A stretch of 64,000 nt of DNA from Actinomycetota bacterium (GTDB lineage Bacteria; Actinomycetota; Acidimicrobiia; Acidimicrobiales; JAJPHE01). This document shows positions 34,684 to 44,700 of this stretch, piece by piece. Location of the stretch: NCBI GenBank assembly GCA_027315345.1, contig DAHUYE010000082.1:39919-103918 (forward strand), in the 5' to 3' direction. The position numbers and the translations under genes were made by a program. Position 1 is the first letter of the stretch; every line of letters begins with the position of its first letter. A model generated the notes under the pieces. It was not told the DNA's origin and ran no database searches. It was given only the letters and a program-made list of their open reading frames with translations.

Positions 34684-35511
34684 ATGCAAGACGTACTCGG
34701 CTACGCCGGCCGGCGGGCGGTGGTGACCGGATCCGCCTCGGGCATGGGGGAAGCCACGGCCAGGTTGCTGGTCGAACTGGGCGCCACCGTGACCGGGCTG
34801 GACGTGCGGCCCACCCAGATCGACGGCGTGGCCAGCATCGAGGTCGACCTGCGCCAGCCCGATTCCATCCAGGCCGCCGCCCATGCCGTGGCCGGTCCCA
34901 TCGACGCCTTCTTCAACTGCGCCGGCCTGCCCGGTCCGCCGTTCAGCGACCTGGACGTGATGCTGGTCAACTTCGTGGGCGGCCGTCAGTTGATCGAGAC
35001 CCTGGTGCCCAAGATGTCCGAAGGCTCGGCCATCGCCTACGTGGCCTCGGCCGGCGGCCTCGGCTGGCAGCAGCAGCTGGGCACGCTGATGCCGCTGGTC
35101 CAGGCGGCCGGCTTCGAGGAGGGCCGGCGCTGGTGCGAGGCCAACGCCGAGCTCATCGCCAACTCCAGCTCCTACGCCCTGTCCAAGCAGGTCATCAACG
35201 CCTGGACCACCTGGCGGGCCTACGACCTGATGAAGGACCACGGCGTCCGGCTCAACTGCATCAACCCGGGTCCGACGGCCACGGCCATGATGCCGTACTT
35301 CCACGAGGCCAACGGTAAGGCCCTGGTCGACGCCGCCCAGGGCCCGGTGGGCCGCTACTCGACCCCCGAGGAGCAGGCCTGGCCGCTGGTGTTCATCAAC
35401 AGCCCGCGCTGTTCCTATGTGGTGGGGGAGACGTTCTTCACCGATGGGGGCTTTTTCGCCGCTCTCCAGAACGGCCAGTTGGACTTCTCGGCCCTGATGC
35501 CGAAGGACTAG
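34684..35511 (+). CDS. SDR family oxidoreductase (coniferyl-alcohol / 3-alpha-hydroxysteroid dehydrogenase-like subgroup)
   Basis: RAVVTGSASGMGEA and YALSKQ. The architecture resembles the 3alpha-HSD/CR-type short SDRs; that subgroup call is from memory. SD GGAGGA before the ATG. Confidence 0.75.
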   Translation: MQDVLGYAGRRAVVTGSASGMGEATARLLVELGATVTGLDVRPTQIDGVASIEVDLRQPDSIQAAAHAVAGPIDAFFNCAGLPGPPFSDLDVMLVNFVGGRQLIETLVPKMSEGSAIAYVASAGGLGWQQQLGTLMPLVQAAGFEEGRRWCEANAELIANSSSYALSKQVINAWTTWRAYDLMKDHGVRLNCINPGPTATAMMPYFHEANGKALVDAAQGPVGRYSTPEEQAWPLVFINSPRCSYVVGETFFTDGGFFAALQNGQLDFSALMPKD

Positions 35512-35528
35512 CCGTGGCCGTGGCCGTG
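35511..35528. repeat. Hexanucleotide repeat (GCCGTG)x3 in convergent spacer
   Basis: Read directly. It starts at the last base of the SDR stop codon. Confidence 0.9.
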
Positions 35529-35553
35529 GCTCAGGAGCGGGCTCGGCTCCGGC

Positions 35554-37035
35554 TCAGGGGTGGGTCCCGAAGGGGGCGGAGGCCGGGCCTTCCTGGGGAG
35601 CGGGACCGCTGATGGTCTTGGTCTCCAGGTACTGCCCGAATCCCTCCAGGCCGTTCTGGCGGCCCACCCCGCTGGCCTTGTAGCCGCCGAAGGGGGCGTC
35701 GGCGCCGTAGAAGATGCCGCCGTTGACCCCGACCGTCCCGGCCCGGATGCGCCGGGCCACGGCCAAGGCCCGCTCCTCGGAGGCGGAGGTGACCCCGCCG
35801 GACAGGCCGTACTGGTTGTCGTTGGCGATGCGCACGGCGTCGTCATCGTCCTCGAAGGGGATGACCACCAGGACGGGGCCGAAGATCTCCTCCCGGGCGA
35901 TGGTCATGGAGTTGTCCACGTCAACGAAGAGCGTCGGCTCCACGAACCACCCCTTGGGCAGATGGGCGGGCCGGCCTCCGCCGTGCAGGAGCCGGGCCCC
36001 TTCCTCCACCCCCGTGGCGATGTAGCCCAGGACGCGGTCGCGCTGGCGCTCGCTGATCTGGGGGCCCTGCAGAACGCCGGGATCGGTGGGGTCCCCGTAG
36101 GCGACCTCGGCGAAGCCGGGGGCGATCATCTCGATGGCCTCGTCATAACGGGAGCGGGGCACCAGCAGCCGGGTGAGCATGGCGCAGCCCTGCCCGCCGT
36201 GGACGCAGACGAAGGCGGCGCTCGGCAGCTTGGTGGCGAAGTCGGCGTCGTCCAGAACGATGTCGGCTGACTTGCCCCCCAATTCCAGGAACAGCCGCTT
36301 CAGGGTCGGCGCCCCCTTCTCCATGATGCGCCGGCCCACCGCGGTGGAGCCGGTGAAGGAGATGAGGTCGACCCGGGCGTCGGTGACCAGCTGCTCCCCG
36401 AGGAGATGGTCGGAGGAGGTGACCACGTTGAGCACCCCGGGGGGGATGTCGGTGTGCTCAGCGGCCAGCCGGCCGATGCGGGTGGCGTTCCAGGGGGTGT
36501 CGGGGGCCGGTTTGAGCACCACCGTGTTGCCCGCCGCCAGAGCCTGGCCCAGCTTGTGGATGGTGACCTCGAAGGGGTAGTTCCAGGGCACGATGGCCCC
36601 CACTACCCCCACCGGCTCCTTGACCACCCGGCGCCAGCTGCGCATGCCGAAGGCGGTGCCGATGGGGAGCTCTCGCTCCCACTCGAAGCTGTCGATGAGG
36701 CCGGCCGGCCAGACCAGGCCGTCCTCCAGGGGGGCGTCCAGCTGGGGCCCGTAGGTGATGAGCACCGGGCAGCCCACCTCGGCCACCAGTTCGGCCCGCA
36801 GCTCCTCCCGCTCCGCCTCCAGGGCGGCCTGGAGCTGGAGCAGGCAGTGCTTCCGGAAGGCGCCGTCGGTGGACCACCGGGTGCCGTCAAAGGCCTGCCG
36901 GGCCGCCTCGATGGCCCGGTCCATGTCGGCGGCGGAGGCGTCGGAGACCTCGCCCAGGACGGCCTCGGTGGCCGGGTTGATGTTGGCGAAGGTGCGGCCC
37001 GATTGGGCGTCGACCAGCTGTCCGCCAATGAGCAT
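35554..37035 (-). CDS. NAD(P)-dependent aldehyde dehydrogenase
   Basis: FLELGGKSA and the catalytic Cys in HGGQGCAM. ATG at 37035 (MLIGGQLVD) is preceded by GGGGAG. The alternative TTG at 37080 would add 15 aa. Confidence 0.85.
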   Translation of the reverse strand: MLIGGQLVDAQSGRTFANINPATEAVLGEVSDASAADMDRAIEAARQAFDGTRWSTDGAFRKHCLLQLQAALEAEREELRAELVAEVGCPVLITYGPQLDAPLEDGLVWPAGLIDSFEWERELPIGTAFGMRSWRRVVKEPVGVVGAIVPWNYPFEVTIHKLGQALAAGNTVVLKPAPDTPWNATRIGRLAAEHTDIPPGVLNVVTSSDHLLGEQLVTDARVDLISFTGSTAVGRRIMEKGAPTLKRLFLELGGKSADIVLDDADFATKLPSAAFVCVHGGQGCAMLTRLLVPRSRYDEAIEMIAPGFAEVAYGDPTDPGVLQGPQISERQRDRVLGYIATGVEEGARLLHGGGRPAHLPKGWFVEPTLFVDVDNSMTIAREEIFGPVLVVIPFEDDDDAVRIANDNQYGLSGGVTSASEERALAVARRIRAGTVGVNGGIFYGADAPFGGYKASGVGRQNGLEGFGQYLETKTISGPAPQEGPASAPFGTHP

Positions 37036-37154
37036 GCGGGACTCCCCGCGGCTGACTGATGTTGAGGCGGTGGCCGTCAATTTCGTCCCATTCTCCCGAG
37101 GGGATCGGAACCTACCAGCGCCGCCTAGGCTGAAGACCAGTTCTGAGGGAGGGG

Positions 37155-38447
37155 ATGGTCGTGGCCAGCGTTGACATCGATGATCTGATCATGGTGAGTG
37201 TGGACGACCACGTGGTCGAGCCCCCCCACCTCTTCGACGGCCGGCTGCCGGCCAAGTACGCCGACCTGGCGCCAAAGTTCATCACTCGGGATGACGGCAC
37301 CAACGCCTGGACCTACGAGGGCGCCGAGATCAGCAACGTCGCCCTCAACGCCGTGGCCGGCCGGCCCCCGGAGGAATACGGCATAGAGCCCACCTCCTTC
37401 GATGAGCTGCGCCCCGGGACCTGGGACATCAACGAGCGGGTCAAGGACATGGACGCCAACGGCCTGTTGGGCTCGCTGTGCTTCCCCTCCTTCCCCCAGT
37501 TCTGCGGCCAGCTCTTCGCTCGCACCCAGGACAAGGACGTGGCCCTGGCCATGGTGCGGGCCTATAACGACTGGCACATCGATGAGTGGTGCGGGACCCA
37601 CCCGGGCCGGTTCATCCCCTGTTCCCTGCCGGCCATCTGGGACCCGGAGATCCTGGCCGCCGAGATCCGCCGGACGGCGGCCAAGGGCGCCCACGCCGTC
37701 ACCTTCTCCGAGAACCCTTCCAAGCTGGGCTGGCCCAGCCTGCATTCCGACCACTGGGATCCCTTCTGGCAGGCCTGCAGCGAGGAGGCGGTGGTGGTGT
37801 GCATGCACATCGGCTCGTCCTCCCAGCTGGTCATCACCGCCCCGGACGCCCCCATGGACGTGCTCATCACCCTGACGCCCATGAACATCGTCCAGGCCGC
37901 CGCCGACCTGGTGTGGTCCCCCGTGCTGCGCAAGTTCCCCGATCTCAAGGTGGCCCTGTCCGAGGGCGGGATCGGCTGGATCCCCTATCTGCTGGAACGG
38001 CTCGATTACAACTACCAGCGCCACCATCTCTGGACCGGCCAGGACTTCGGGGACAAGCTGCCCAGCGAGGTCTTCAACGAGCACGTCATCACCTGCTTCA
38101 TTGATGACCATTTCGGCATCGCCAGCCGGGCCCACCTGGACATGGACAAGGTGTGCTGGGAGTGCGACTACCCCCACTCCGACTCCACCTGGCCCACCGC
38201 CCCGGAGACGTTCATGAAGCAGATGGACGGGGTGTCGCGCCACGACATCGACCGCATGAGCCACCTCAACGCCATGCGCCACTTCAACTACGACCCCTTC
38301 AGCGTCATGGCCAAGCAGGACTGCACGGTGGGCGCCCTCCGGCGCCAGGCGGCCGGCCACGACGTGTCGATAGTGGCCCGGGGCAAGCGGGGCGGCGGCG
38401 CCACCCTGGCCTCCGACCTGGGCCAGAAGGTCAAGCGCAGCGACTGA
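37155..38447 (+). CDS. Amidohydrolase-2 (PF04909-like) family protein
   Basis: VSVDDHVVEPP, CMHIGSSS, CDYPHSDSTWP. SD GAGGGAGGGG before the ATG. Confidence 0.8.
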   Translation: MVVASVDIDDLIMVSVDDHVVEPPHLFDGRLPAKYADLAPKFITRDDGTNAWTYEGAEISNVALNAVAGRPPEEYGIEPTSFDELRPGTWDINERVKDMDANGLLGSLCFPSFPQFCGQLFARTQDKDVALAMVRAYNDWHIDEWCGTHPGRFIPCSLPAIWDPEILAAEIRRTAAKGAHAVTFSENPSKLGWPSLHSDHWDPFWQACSEEAVVVCMHIGSSSQLVITAPDAPMDVLITLTPMNIVQAAADLVWSPVLRKFPDLKVALSEGGIGWIPYLLERLDYNYQRHHLWTGQDFGDKLPSEVFNEHVITCFIDDHFGIASRAHLDMDKVCWECDYPHSDSTWPTAPETFMKQMDGVSRHDIDRMSHLNAMRHFNYDPFSVMAKQDCTVGALRRQAAGHDVSIVARGKRGGGATLASDLGQKVKRSD

Positions 38448-38453
38448 GCCGGC

Positions 38454-41400
38454 TCAGGCCGGGGGGATGACGAACAGGCACCACACCGACTTGCCCTCGG
38501 GCGTGGGCCGGGAGCCCCACCGCTCGGACAGGGCGGCAATGAGCTGCAGGCCCCGGCCGTGCTCGTCCTCGGGCCGGGGGCGGAGCTTGCGGGGCATCAC
38601 CGAGGCGCCGTCCCCGACCTCGACCACCACGTGGCGGGCGGTGCGGCGCAGGCGCAGGTCGATGGGGGGCCGGCCGTGGATGACGGCGTTGGTCACCATC
38701 TCGCTCACCATCAGCACCACCGTCTCGGTCAGTTCGGTGGGCATGGACCATTCCGTCATGGTCCGGCTGACCGACTCCCGGGCCCCGTGCACAGCCCGGC
38801 GCTCGGGGGCGACGGTCCAGGAGCGGACCAGGGACTGACCGGAGGCTTCGGGGACCCGGGCCATCAGCACGGCTATGTCGTCATCCGGCCCGTCGGCCAG
38901 CAGGGCCCCGACCAGCCGGGACGGCTCCAGGGCCAGATCGCCCGGCGGTCCGCTCAAGGCAGAGCGCAACTGCTCGATGCCGGCGTCGAGGTCGAGGCCC
39001 CGGTGCTCGACCAGCCCGTCGGTGTAGAAGGTCACCACCGCGTCGGGGGCCAGGGTGAGGCGGTCCTCGGACAGGGTGAACGGCCCGGTGCCGAGCGGCG
39101 GCCCGCCCGGCGCCGACAGGGTGGTGACCTCGCCGCCGGGATCCCGCAGCAGGGGCGGGAGGTGGCCGGCGTTGGCGTAGGTGAGGCCCCGGTCGGCGGG
39201 GTCGTAGACGGCGTAGACGCAGGTGACGATCTGGTCCTCGCCCAGGTCCCGGACCAGGCCGTCCAGCAGCTCGAGAACGTCGGCCGGGGCCAGGTCCAGG
39301 CGGGCGTAGGCCCGCACCGCCGAGCGGAGCTGGCCCATGATGGCGGCGGCCCGGACGCCCCGGCCCATGACGTCCCCGATGACCAGGGCGGTGCGGCCGG
39401 CCCCCAGCTCGATGACGTCGTACCAGTCGCCTCCGACGTAGGTGCCCTCCACCCCGGCCTGGTAGTAGGTGGCCACCTCCAGGTGGTCGTGGTCGTAGCC
39501 CAGGGCCGGCAGCAGGCTGGTCTGCAGCTCATCGGCTATGCGGTGCTCCCGGGAGAGGGCTTGGCGATGCGCCTCGGCCTCGGCCCGGCGGGCCCGGTCG
39601 AGTTCCACGTTGGCCCGGACCCGGGCCATGAGCTCCCGGGCCGAGAACGGCTTTACCAGGTAGTCATCGGCGCCGGCCTCCAGGCCCTCGACCATGCCGT
39701 CCTCCCCGGCCCGGGCCGAGACCATGATCACGGGAACGGCAGCGGTGGGCGGGCTCTCGCGCAGGGCGGCCAGGAGCTGGAACCCGTCCAGGTTGGGCAT
39801 CATCACGTCGGTCAGGACCAGATCGGGAGGATCGGAGTGGGCCAGCTCCAGCGCCTCCCGACCGTCGGAGGCCAGGGTCACGTGATAGGCGTGGCCGAGG
39901 ATGCCCATCATGTAGGAGCGCATCTCGGCGTTGTCGTCCACCACCAGGATGCGGGGACGCTCCCCGGGCTCGGCGCGGGGTTCGTCCCCGGCCGGGTTCA
40001 GCCAGCGCATGGCCTCGGCCAGCAGGCCGTGGGCCGGTCCGCTGACCGAAGAGGCGCCCGGGGGCGCCCCGGTGGAGACCTGCTCGGCGGGCAGGTGGGC
40101 CGATCCGAGCGGGACGGTGACCGAGAAGGTGCTCCCCTGGCCGGGCCGGCTCCTGACCCCCACCTGGCCACCGTGTAGGGCGGCCAGCTCGGCCACCAGG
40201 GCCAGGCCGATGCCCGAGCCCTCGAAGCTGCGGGAGCGGGCCCCCACCACCCGGTGGAAGCGTTCGAAGAGCCGGGTCTGGTCCTCGGGGCTGATCCCGA
40301 TCCCGGTGTCGGTGACCTCGAGGCCGACCTGGCCACCCCGTGCGACCAGCGCCACGGTGATGCCGCCGCTGAAGGTGAACTTGAGGGCGTTGGAGAGGAG
40401 GTTGAGGACGATCTTGGCCCACATGTCCCGGTCCACGAAGGCGGTGCCGTCGAAGCCGGAGCACTCGATATCCAGGCTCAGGCCGGCCCGGTCGGTGGCG
40501 GCCCGGAACATGGTGGCCAGCTCGGTCGTGTAGGTGCCCAGGTCGGTGGGTTCGAACTGGGCCCGCATCCGGCCCGACTCCAGCTGGGAGAAGTCGAGGA
40601 GGGTGTTGACCAGCTGGAGGAGGCGCTGGGCGTTGTGGCGGATGAGGTCGACCCGCTGGCGTTGGACCGGGTTGAGGGGGTGGGCCGGGTCGGACAGGGC
40701 GTCCTCGGCCGGGCCGAGGAGCAGGGTGAGGGGGGTGCGGAACTCGTGGCTGACGTTGGTGAAGAAGGCCGTCTTGGCCTGGTCCAGCTCGGCCAGCTGC
40801 TCGGCCCGCTGCCGCTCGGCGTCATAGGCCCGGGCGCTGCCGATCCCGGCCGCCACCTGCCCGGCCACCAACTCCGCAAAACCCCGGTAGGGCGGGTCCA
40901 GCACGCTGTAGGGATTGAGCCCGGCCACGATGAAGCCGTAGCGGGGCCCCTCCCCCTGGGGGCGCAGCGGGGTGAGGAGAGCCCGGGTGGGCGGATCGGC
41001 CCAGGCCCCCCGGGGCACGTCCGGCCACAGGGAAGCCAGGTCTTCCACCACGACCGTCGAGCCGGCTGTGACCTGGCCCACCGGCCAGGGCGTCTGGGCC
41101 GACAGGTCGAGGGCCTCCAGGGCGATGGGGTGACCCTCGGGCACGCCGCTGCTGGCCACCAGCCTGGCCTTGGCCAGGTCGGAGTCCAGTAGGTAAGTGA
41201 GGCTGAAGGGAAAGTCCCGGCCGTTGGCCTCCAGATGGTCGGCGGCGGCGGTGAGGACGTCTCCTTCGGTGCGCCGGGACATGAGATCGGCCCCCAGGTC
41301 CCGCAGGGTGGCCATGCGGCGCTCCCCGATGACCCGCTCGGTCTCCTCGCTGACCACGCAGAGCATGCCGGCGGTGGTGCCGTCGTCCTGAACCAGGGGG

Positions 41401-41744
41401 CTGTAGGAGAAGGTGTGGTAGGTCTCCTCGGTGAAGCCGCTGCGCTCCAGGAACAGGAGCAGATCCTCGTCCCAGGTGGCCTCCCCGGTGGCCATGACGT
41501 GTTGGATGCGGGGGCCGATGTCGGGCCAGATCTCGGCCCAGACCTCGGCGGCCGGCCGGCCCAGCGCCCAGGGGTACTTCTGGCCCAGGGTGTCGCGCCG
41601 GTAGGCGTCGTTGCAGAAGAAGGTGAGCTCCGGGCCCCAGGCCATCCACATGGAGAAGCGGGAGGAGAGCAGGACCCGGACCATGATGCGGAGACCGGGG
41701 GGCCATTCGTCCGGCCGGCCCAGAGGCGTGGCCGACCAGTCCAC
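38454..41744 (-). CDS. Multidomain signalling protein: PAS-GAF-HisKA-HATPase_c-receiver-PP2C(SpoIIE)-RsbW-like ATPase
   Basis: DWSATPLG PAS-type N-terminus; SHEFRTP (H333); LLSNALKF, DTGIGI, GSGIGL; VVDDN, LVLTDVMMP (D646), LVKPF; GGDWYD, GDVMGRG, FYTDGL, DDDIAVL; SEMVTNAVIHG, VEVGDG, EHGRGLQLIAAL. No TM segment. Confidence 0.85.
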   Translation of the reverse strand: MDWSATPLGRPDEWPPGLRIMVRVLLSSRFSMWMAWGPELTFFCNDAYRRDTLGQKYPWALGRPAAEVWAEIWPDIGPRIQHVMATGEATWDEDLLLFLERSGFTEETYHTFSYSPLVQDDGTTAGMLCVVSEETERVIGERRMATLRDLGADLMSRRTEGDVLTAAADHLEANGRDFPFSLTYLLDSDLAKARLVASSGVPEGHPIALEALDLSAQTPWPVGQVTAGSTVVVEDLASLWPDVPRGAWADPPTRALLTPLRPQGEGPRYGFIVAGLNPYSVLDPPYRGFAELVAGQVAAGIGSARAYDAERQRAEQLAELDQAKTAFFTNVSHEFRTPLTLLLGPAEDALSDPAHPLNPVQRQRVDLIRHNAQRLLQLVNTLLDFSQLESGRMRAQFEPTDLGTYTTELATMFRAATDRAGLSLDIECSGFDGTAFVDRDMWAKIVLNLLSNALKFTFSGGITVALVARGGQVGLEVTDTGIGISPEDQTRLFERFHRVVGARSRSFEGSGIGLALVAELAALHGGQVGVRSRPGQGSTFSVTVPLGSAHLPAEQVSTGAPPGASSVSGPAHGLLAEAMRWLNPAGDEPRAEPGERPRILVVDDNAEMRSYMMGILGHAYHVTLASDGREALELAHSDPPDLVLTDVMMPNLDGFQLLAALRESPPTAAVPVIMVSARAGEDGMVEGLEAGADDYLVKPFSARELMARVRANVELDRARRAEAEAHRQALSREHRIADELQTSLLPALGYDHDHLEVATYYQAGVEGTYVGGDWYDVIELGAGRTALVIGDVMGRGVRAAAIMGQLRSAVRAYARLDLAPADVLELLDGLVRDLGEDQIVTCVYAVYDPADRGLTYANAGHLPPLLRDPGGEVTTLSAPGGPPLGTGPFTLSEDRLTLAPDAVVTFYTDGLVEHRGLDLDAGIEQLRSALSGPPGDLALEPSRLVGALLADGPDDDIAVLMARVPEASGQSLVRSWTVAPERRAVHGARESVSRTMTEWSMPTELTETVVLMVSEMVTNAVIHGRPPIDLRLRRTARHVVVEVGDGASVMPRKLRPRPEDEHGRGLQLIAALSERWGSRPTPEGKSVWCLFVIPPA

Positions 41745-41854
41745 GGCCAGAAGGTCGGCGCCGACCGGCCCGGCCCCCGCCAGGAAGCCGCCGATGTCGG
41801 TGCCGCTGCCGGCCGAGGCGGGGCCGGTTCCGGAAGAGGGGGAGTCGGAGGTGC

Positions 41855-43015
41855 TCAGGAGGCCGGGAGCTCCACGTCCACGGTGGCCTTGGCCATGACG
41901 GCGTCGTCCTGATTGGTGAGTTCGACGGCCACCGTCACCAGGTGCCGCCGGCGGCGCTCGGTGCGCTTATCGGTCACCGAACCCCGGATGAAGGTGGCGT
42001 CCCCGGTGAAGGCCGGGTTCCGGTACTGGGCGTTGGAGTGGGTGATGAAGCCCCACTCCCCGGCCCAGGCGGCCACGAAGTCGATGACCCAGGCCCCCAT
42101 GGAGGCGCCGTAGCCGTAGCCCCGGGCCATGCCGACGTGGCGGGCCCAGCGGGGCTGGAGGTGGCCCCGGGACGGTCCGTAGTAGGCGCCGTCGGTCAGC
42201 TCCGGGTTGACCCGCTCCATCTTCCGGTCCCCCTCGAAGCCGGCCATCTCCTTGGTGTACCCGAGCTCCTCGGCCCGCACGGTGGTGGGGCCCTTGGCCA
42301 TCGCCCCCCACGTGGTCATGGGATAGGCCCTCCACTCGGTGGTGAAGCTGGCCAGGCTGTGGGGCCCGAGGACGGTGGGGGCCAGTTCCTCGCCCACCTC
42401 CACCGACTCCCAGGAGCGGGGGGCGTGTCCGAGCTCCTGGATCTGGCGGATGAAGCCGAGCTTGATCTCCTCCAGCTCCATGAGCCGCTCATCGCTCCAC
42501 TCCGGCTCGCCCGGGCCGTCGAACAGGGCCTTCTCCTTGGCCTCCTTGACCTGGTAGCGGATGGAGGTGGAGCGCTGCATGGCCACCCGCTCGCCCCGCT
42601 GGTTGATGTAGAGGGTGTCGCCCCGCTGGAAGCAGGTCTCCCCGGCGAACTTGGTCTCGGTCACCTTGTAGTCGTACGGCATCCGGTGGCAGACCATGTG
42701 GTCCCCGGCTTGGATACGGGGCCCGAAGAACCACCACTCGTCCCCTCCGAAGATGAGGTGGGAGTTGGGGATCTTGCCCACCTGGGCCGGGGAGCAGCCG
42801 TGGCTGGTGTCGGTGGCCACCGTGAAGGACTGAGGGGCGATGATGGCCCCGAAGCGGCTCTGGGCGGCCCACTCCTCGTCATAGTGGAGGGGGTTGGGGT
42901 AGTGCATGCCCTGCACCCAACGCCGGATGTCGTTGACGGCCACCGGCTCCTTGAGCTCGCCCGGCTCCATGGGCACGCCCATGTGGCGGTCGAGATCGGA
43001 TGCGTCCAGGCTCAT
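41855..43015 (-). CDS. Double-hotdog MaoC-type (R)-specific enoyl-CoA hydratase/dehydratase
   Basis: The N-terminal half is FAS1-dehydratase-like (VAVNDIRRWVQGMHYPNPLHYDEEWA). The C-terminal half is a MaoC-like hotdog (ITHSNAQYRNPAFTGDATFIRGSVTD). ATGA overlap with the upstream ligase. Confidence 0.75.
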   Translation of the reverse strand: MSLDASDLDRHMGVPMEPGELKEPVAVNDIRRWVQGMHYPNPLHYDEEWAAQSRFGAIIAPQSFTVATDTSHGCSPAQVGKIPNSHLIFGGDEWWFFGPRIQAGDHMVCHRMPYDYKVTETKFAGETCFQRGDTLYINQRGERVAMQRSTSIRYQVKEAKEKALFDGPGEPEWSDERLMELEEIKLGFIRQIQELGHAPRSWESVEVGEELAPTVLGPHSLASFTTEWRAYPMTTWGAMAKGPTTVRAEELGYTKEMAGFEGDRKMERVNPELTDGAYYGPSRGHLQPRWARHVGMARGYGYGASMGAWVIDFVAAWAGEWGFITHSNAQYRNPAFTGDATFIRGSVTDKRTERRRRHLVTVAVELTNQDDAVMAKATVDVELPAS

Positions 43016-44700
43016 TGCGATCCCTCCGGGGATAAACGGTCGGCCACCAATTTCAACAGATCGGCGTCCCTCACCTTGGTGTCGCTGCCGGTCATCGGCA
43101 TTTCACCGTCGGAGAAGAACACCACCGACTTCGGCACCTTGTAGGCCGACACCCGTTCCCGCAGGAAGGCCTGGACCTCCTCGGCGCTGGTGCTCTCCCC
43201 CTCCTTGACCACCGCCGCCAGCACCACCCGCTGGCCCAGGCGGGGATCGGGCAGCCCGATGACCCGAGCCAGCTTCAAGGGGCCGAAGGCCCGCAGGGCG
43301 ACCTCCAGCTCGGCGGGCGAGACATTGGCCCCCGCCGTCTTGATCATCTCGGTGCGCCGGCCGGTCCAGTGGACGTTGCCCCCGGCGTCGAAGAAGCCGG
43401 CGTCCCCGGTGTGGAAGAAGCCGTCGGCGTCGAAACACTCGTCCCTGGTCTTGCCCACGTAGTGCTCCATGAGCGTCGGGCCGGCCACGGCCAGCTCCCC
43501 GTCCTGACCCGGCCCGAGCAGGGCCCCGGTGTCGGGGTCCACCACCCGCAGCCGGTTCCCGGGCAGCAGGCGGCCCGTGCTCTCGCGCATGACCGGGCGG
43601 GGCGTGTCCCAGCCATGTCCGGCAAAGATGGAAGCCGTCTCCGACAGTCCGTAGGCCACAGGCGAGTTCCAGTTCGGATCACCGTTGACGGATGGATGCC
43701 GGGCGAAGGCGGATTTACCGAATACGCAGCGCAGGGAGGACAGATCGGCGCCCCTCCAGGCCGGGTGCTCCTCCAGGGCCGCCGTCTGGTGGGGGAGGGT
43801 GTAGGGCTCGGTCACCCGCTCCCGCTCCAGGAGGGCGATGGCGTCCCCGGGGTCGAAGCTCTCCTGCATCACCCAGCACCCACCCCCGGCCAGGGTGGGC
43901 CCCATGGCGGTGTTGAGCCCGGCCGTCCAGAACATCGGCAGGGCCGTCCACAGCCGGGTCCCGGGCTGGCGGCCGAAGACGCCGGCCTGGAGCCAGAACT
44001 GCAGGGTCACGGCCCGGTGGTTGTGCAGCATCCCCTTGGGCCGGTCGGTGGTCCCCGAGCTGTAGATGATGACGGCCGGGTCGGAGGGCCCGATCTGGCC
44101 GGCCCGGGCCAGGAGCATGTGATCGCTGAGCCGGTCGGCCTCATCCAGGAAATCGGTCCAGGCTCTCACCGCCCCCTCCGAGTTGGCCGTGCCGACCACC
44201 GCCACCGATTCCAGGAAGGGGAAGGCGGTCGAGCGCAGGGGGGGCCCGGACCGACCGAGGTCGGGGCAGATGCCCAGCAGGTCGCCCAGATAGTCGTGGC
44301 CGCGCATCTCCCGCTGGGCCAGGAGAACCTGGATGCCGGCGTGGCCGAGCAGGAACTCGAGCTCGGCCGGGGCCGAGAAGGTGGACAGCGGCACGGCCAC
44401 CGCTCCGGCCAGCCCGGCCCCGAAGACGGAAGCCACCGCCTCGGGCCGATTGCCCATCAGGATGCCCACCCTGGCCCCCCGGCCTACGCCCGCCGCCATC
44501 AGCGCTCGGCCCACCCGGTGCGCCTCCCGGGCCAGACGGGCGTAGCTCCACCGCACGGTGGTGCCCCCGGCCAGGGGGTCATCGAAGACCAGGGCCTCCT
44601 CCTCGGAGTAGCGGGAGGTCACCTCCTCCAGGAACCCGCCCAGGGTCAGGGCCCCGATGCCGGCCGCCTCGGCCAGCGGCGGGCCCTCCAGGGTGGTCAC
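43012..44700 (-). CDS. AMP-dependent acyl-CoA synthetase/ligase
   Basis: IIYSSGTTDRPKG, YGLSET, FHTGDAGFFDAGGNVHWTGRRTEMIKT. GTGA overlap with the upstream gene. Confidence 0.85.
   Translation of the reverse strand: MTTLEGPPLAEAAGIGALTLGGFLEEVTSRYSEEEALVFDDPLAGGTTVRWSYARLAREAHRVGRALMAAGVGRGARVGILMGNRPEAVASVFGAGLAGAVAVPLSTFSAPAELEFLLGHAGIQVLLAQREMRGHDYLGDLLGICPDLGRSGPPLRSTAFPFLESVAVVGTANSEGAVRAWTDFLDEADRLSDHMLLARAGQIGPSDPAVIIYSSGTTDRPKGMLHNHRAVTLQFWLQAGVFGRQPGTRLWTALPMFWTAGLNTAMGPTLAGGGCWVMQESFDPGDAIALLERERVTEPYTLPHQTAALEEHPAWRGADLSSLRCVFGKSAFARHPSVNGDPNWNSPVAYGLSETASIFAGHGWDTPRPVMRESTGRLLPGNRLRVVDPDTGALLGPGQDGELAVAGPTLMEHYVGKTRDECFDADGFFHTGDAGFFDAGGNVHWTGRRTEMIKTAGANVSPAELEVALRAFGPLKLARVIGLPDPRLGQRVVLAAVVKEGESTSAEEVQAFLRERVSAYKVPKSVVFFSDGEMPMTGSDTKVRDADLLKLVADRLSPEGSQ

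Noticed and set aside
41745-41854. N-terminal extension of the signalling protein into the 110-bp gap
   Set aside because: The frame stays open upstream of GTG 41744. It contains no ATG, GTG or TTG before the preceding gene, and the PAS-type motif DWSATPLG normally lies at the very N-terminus.
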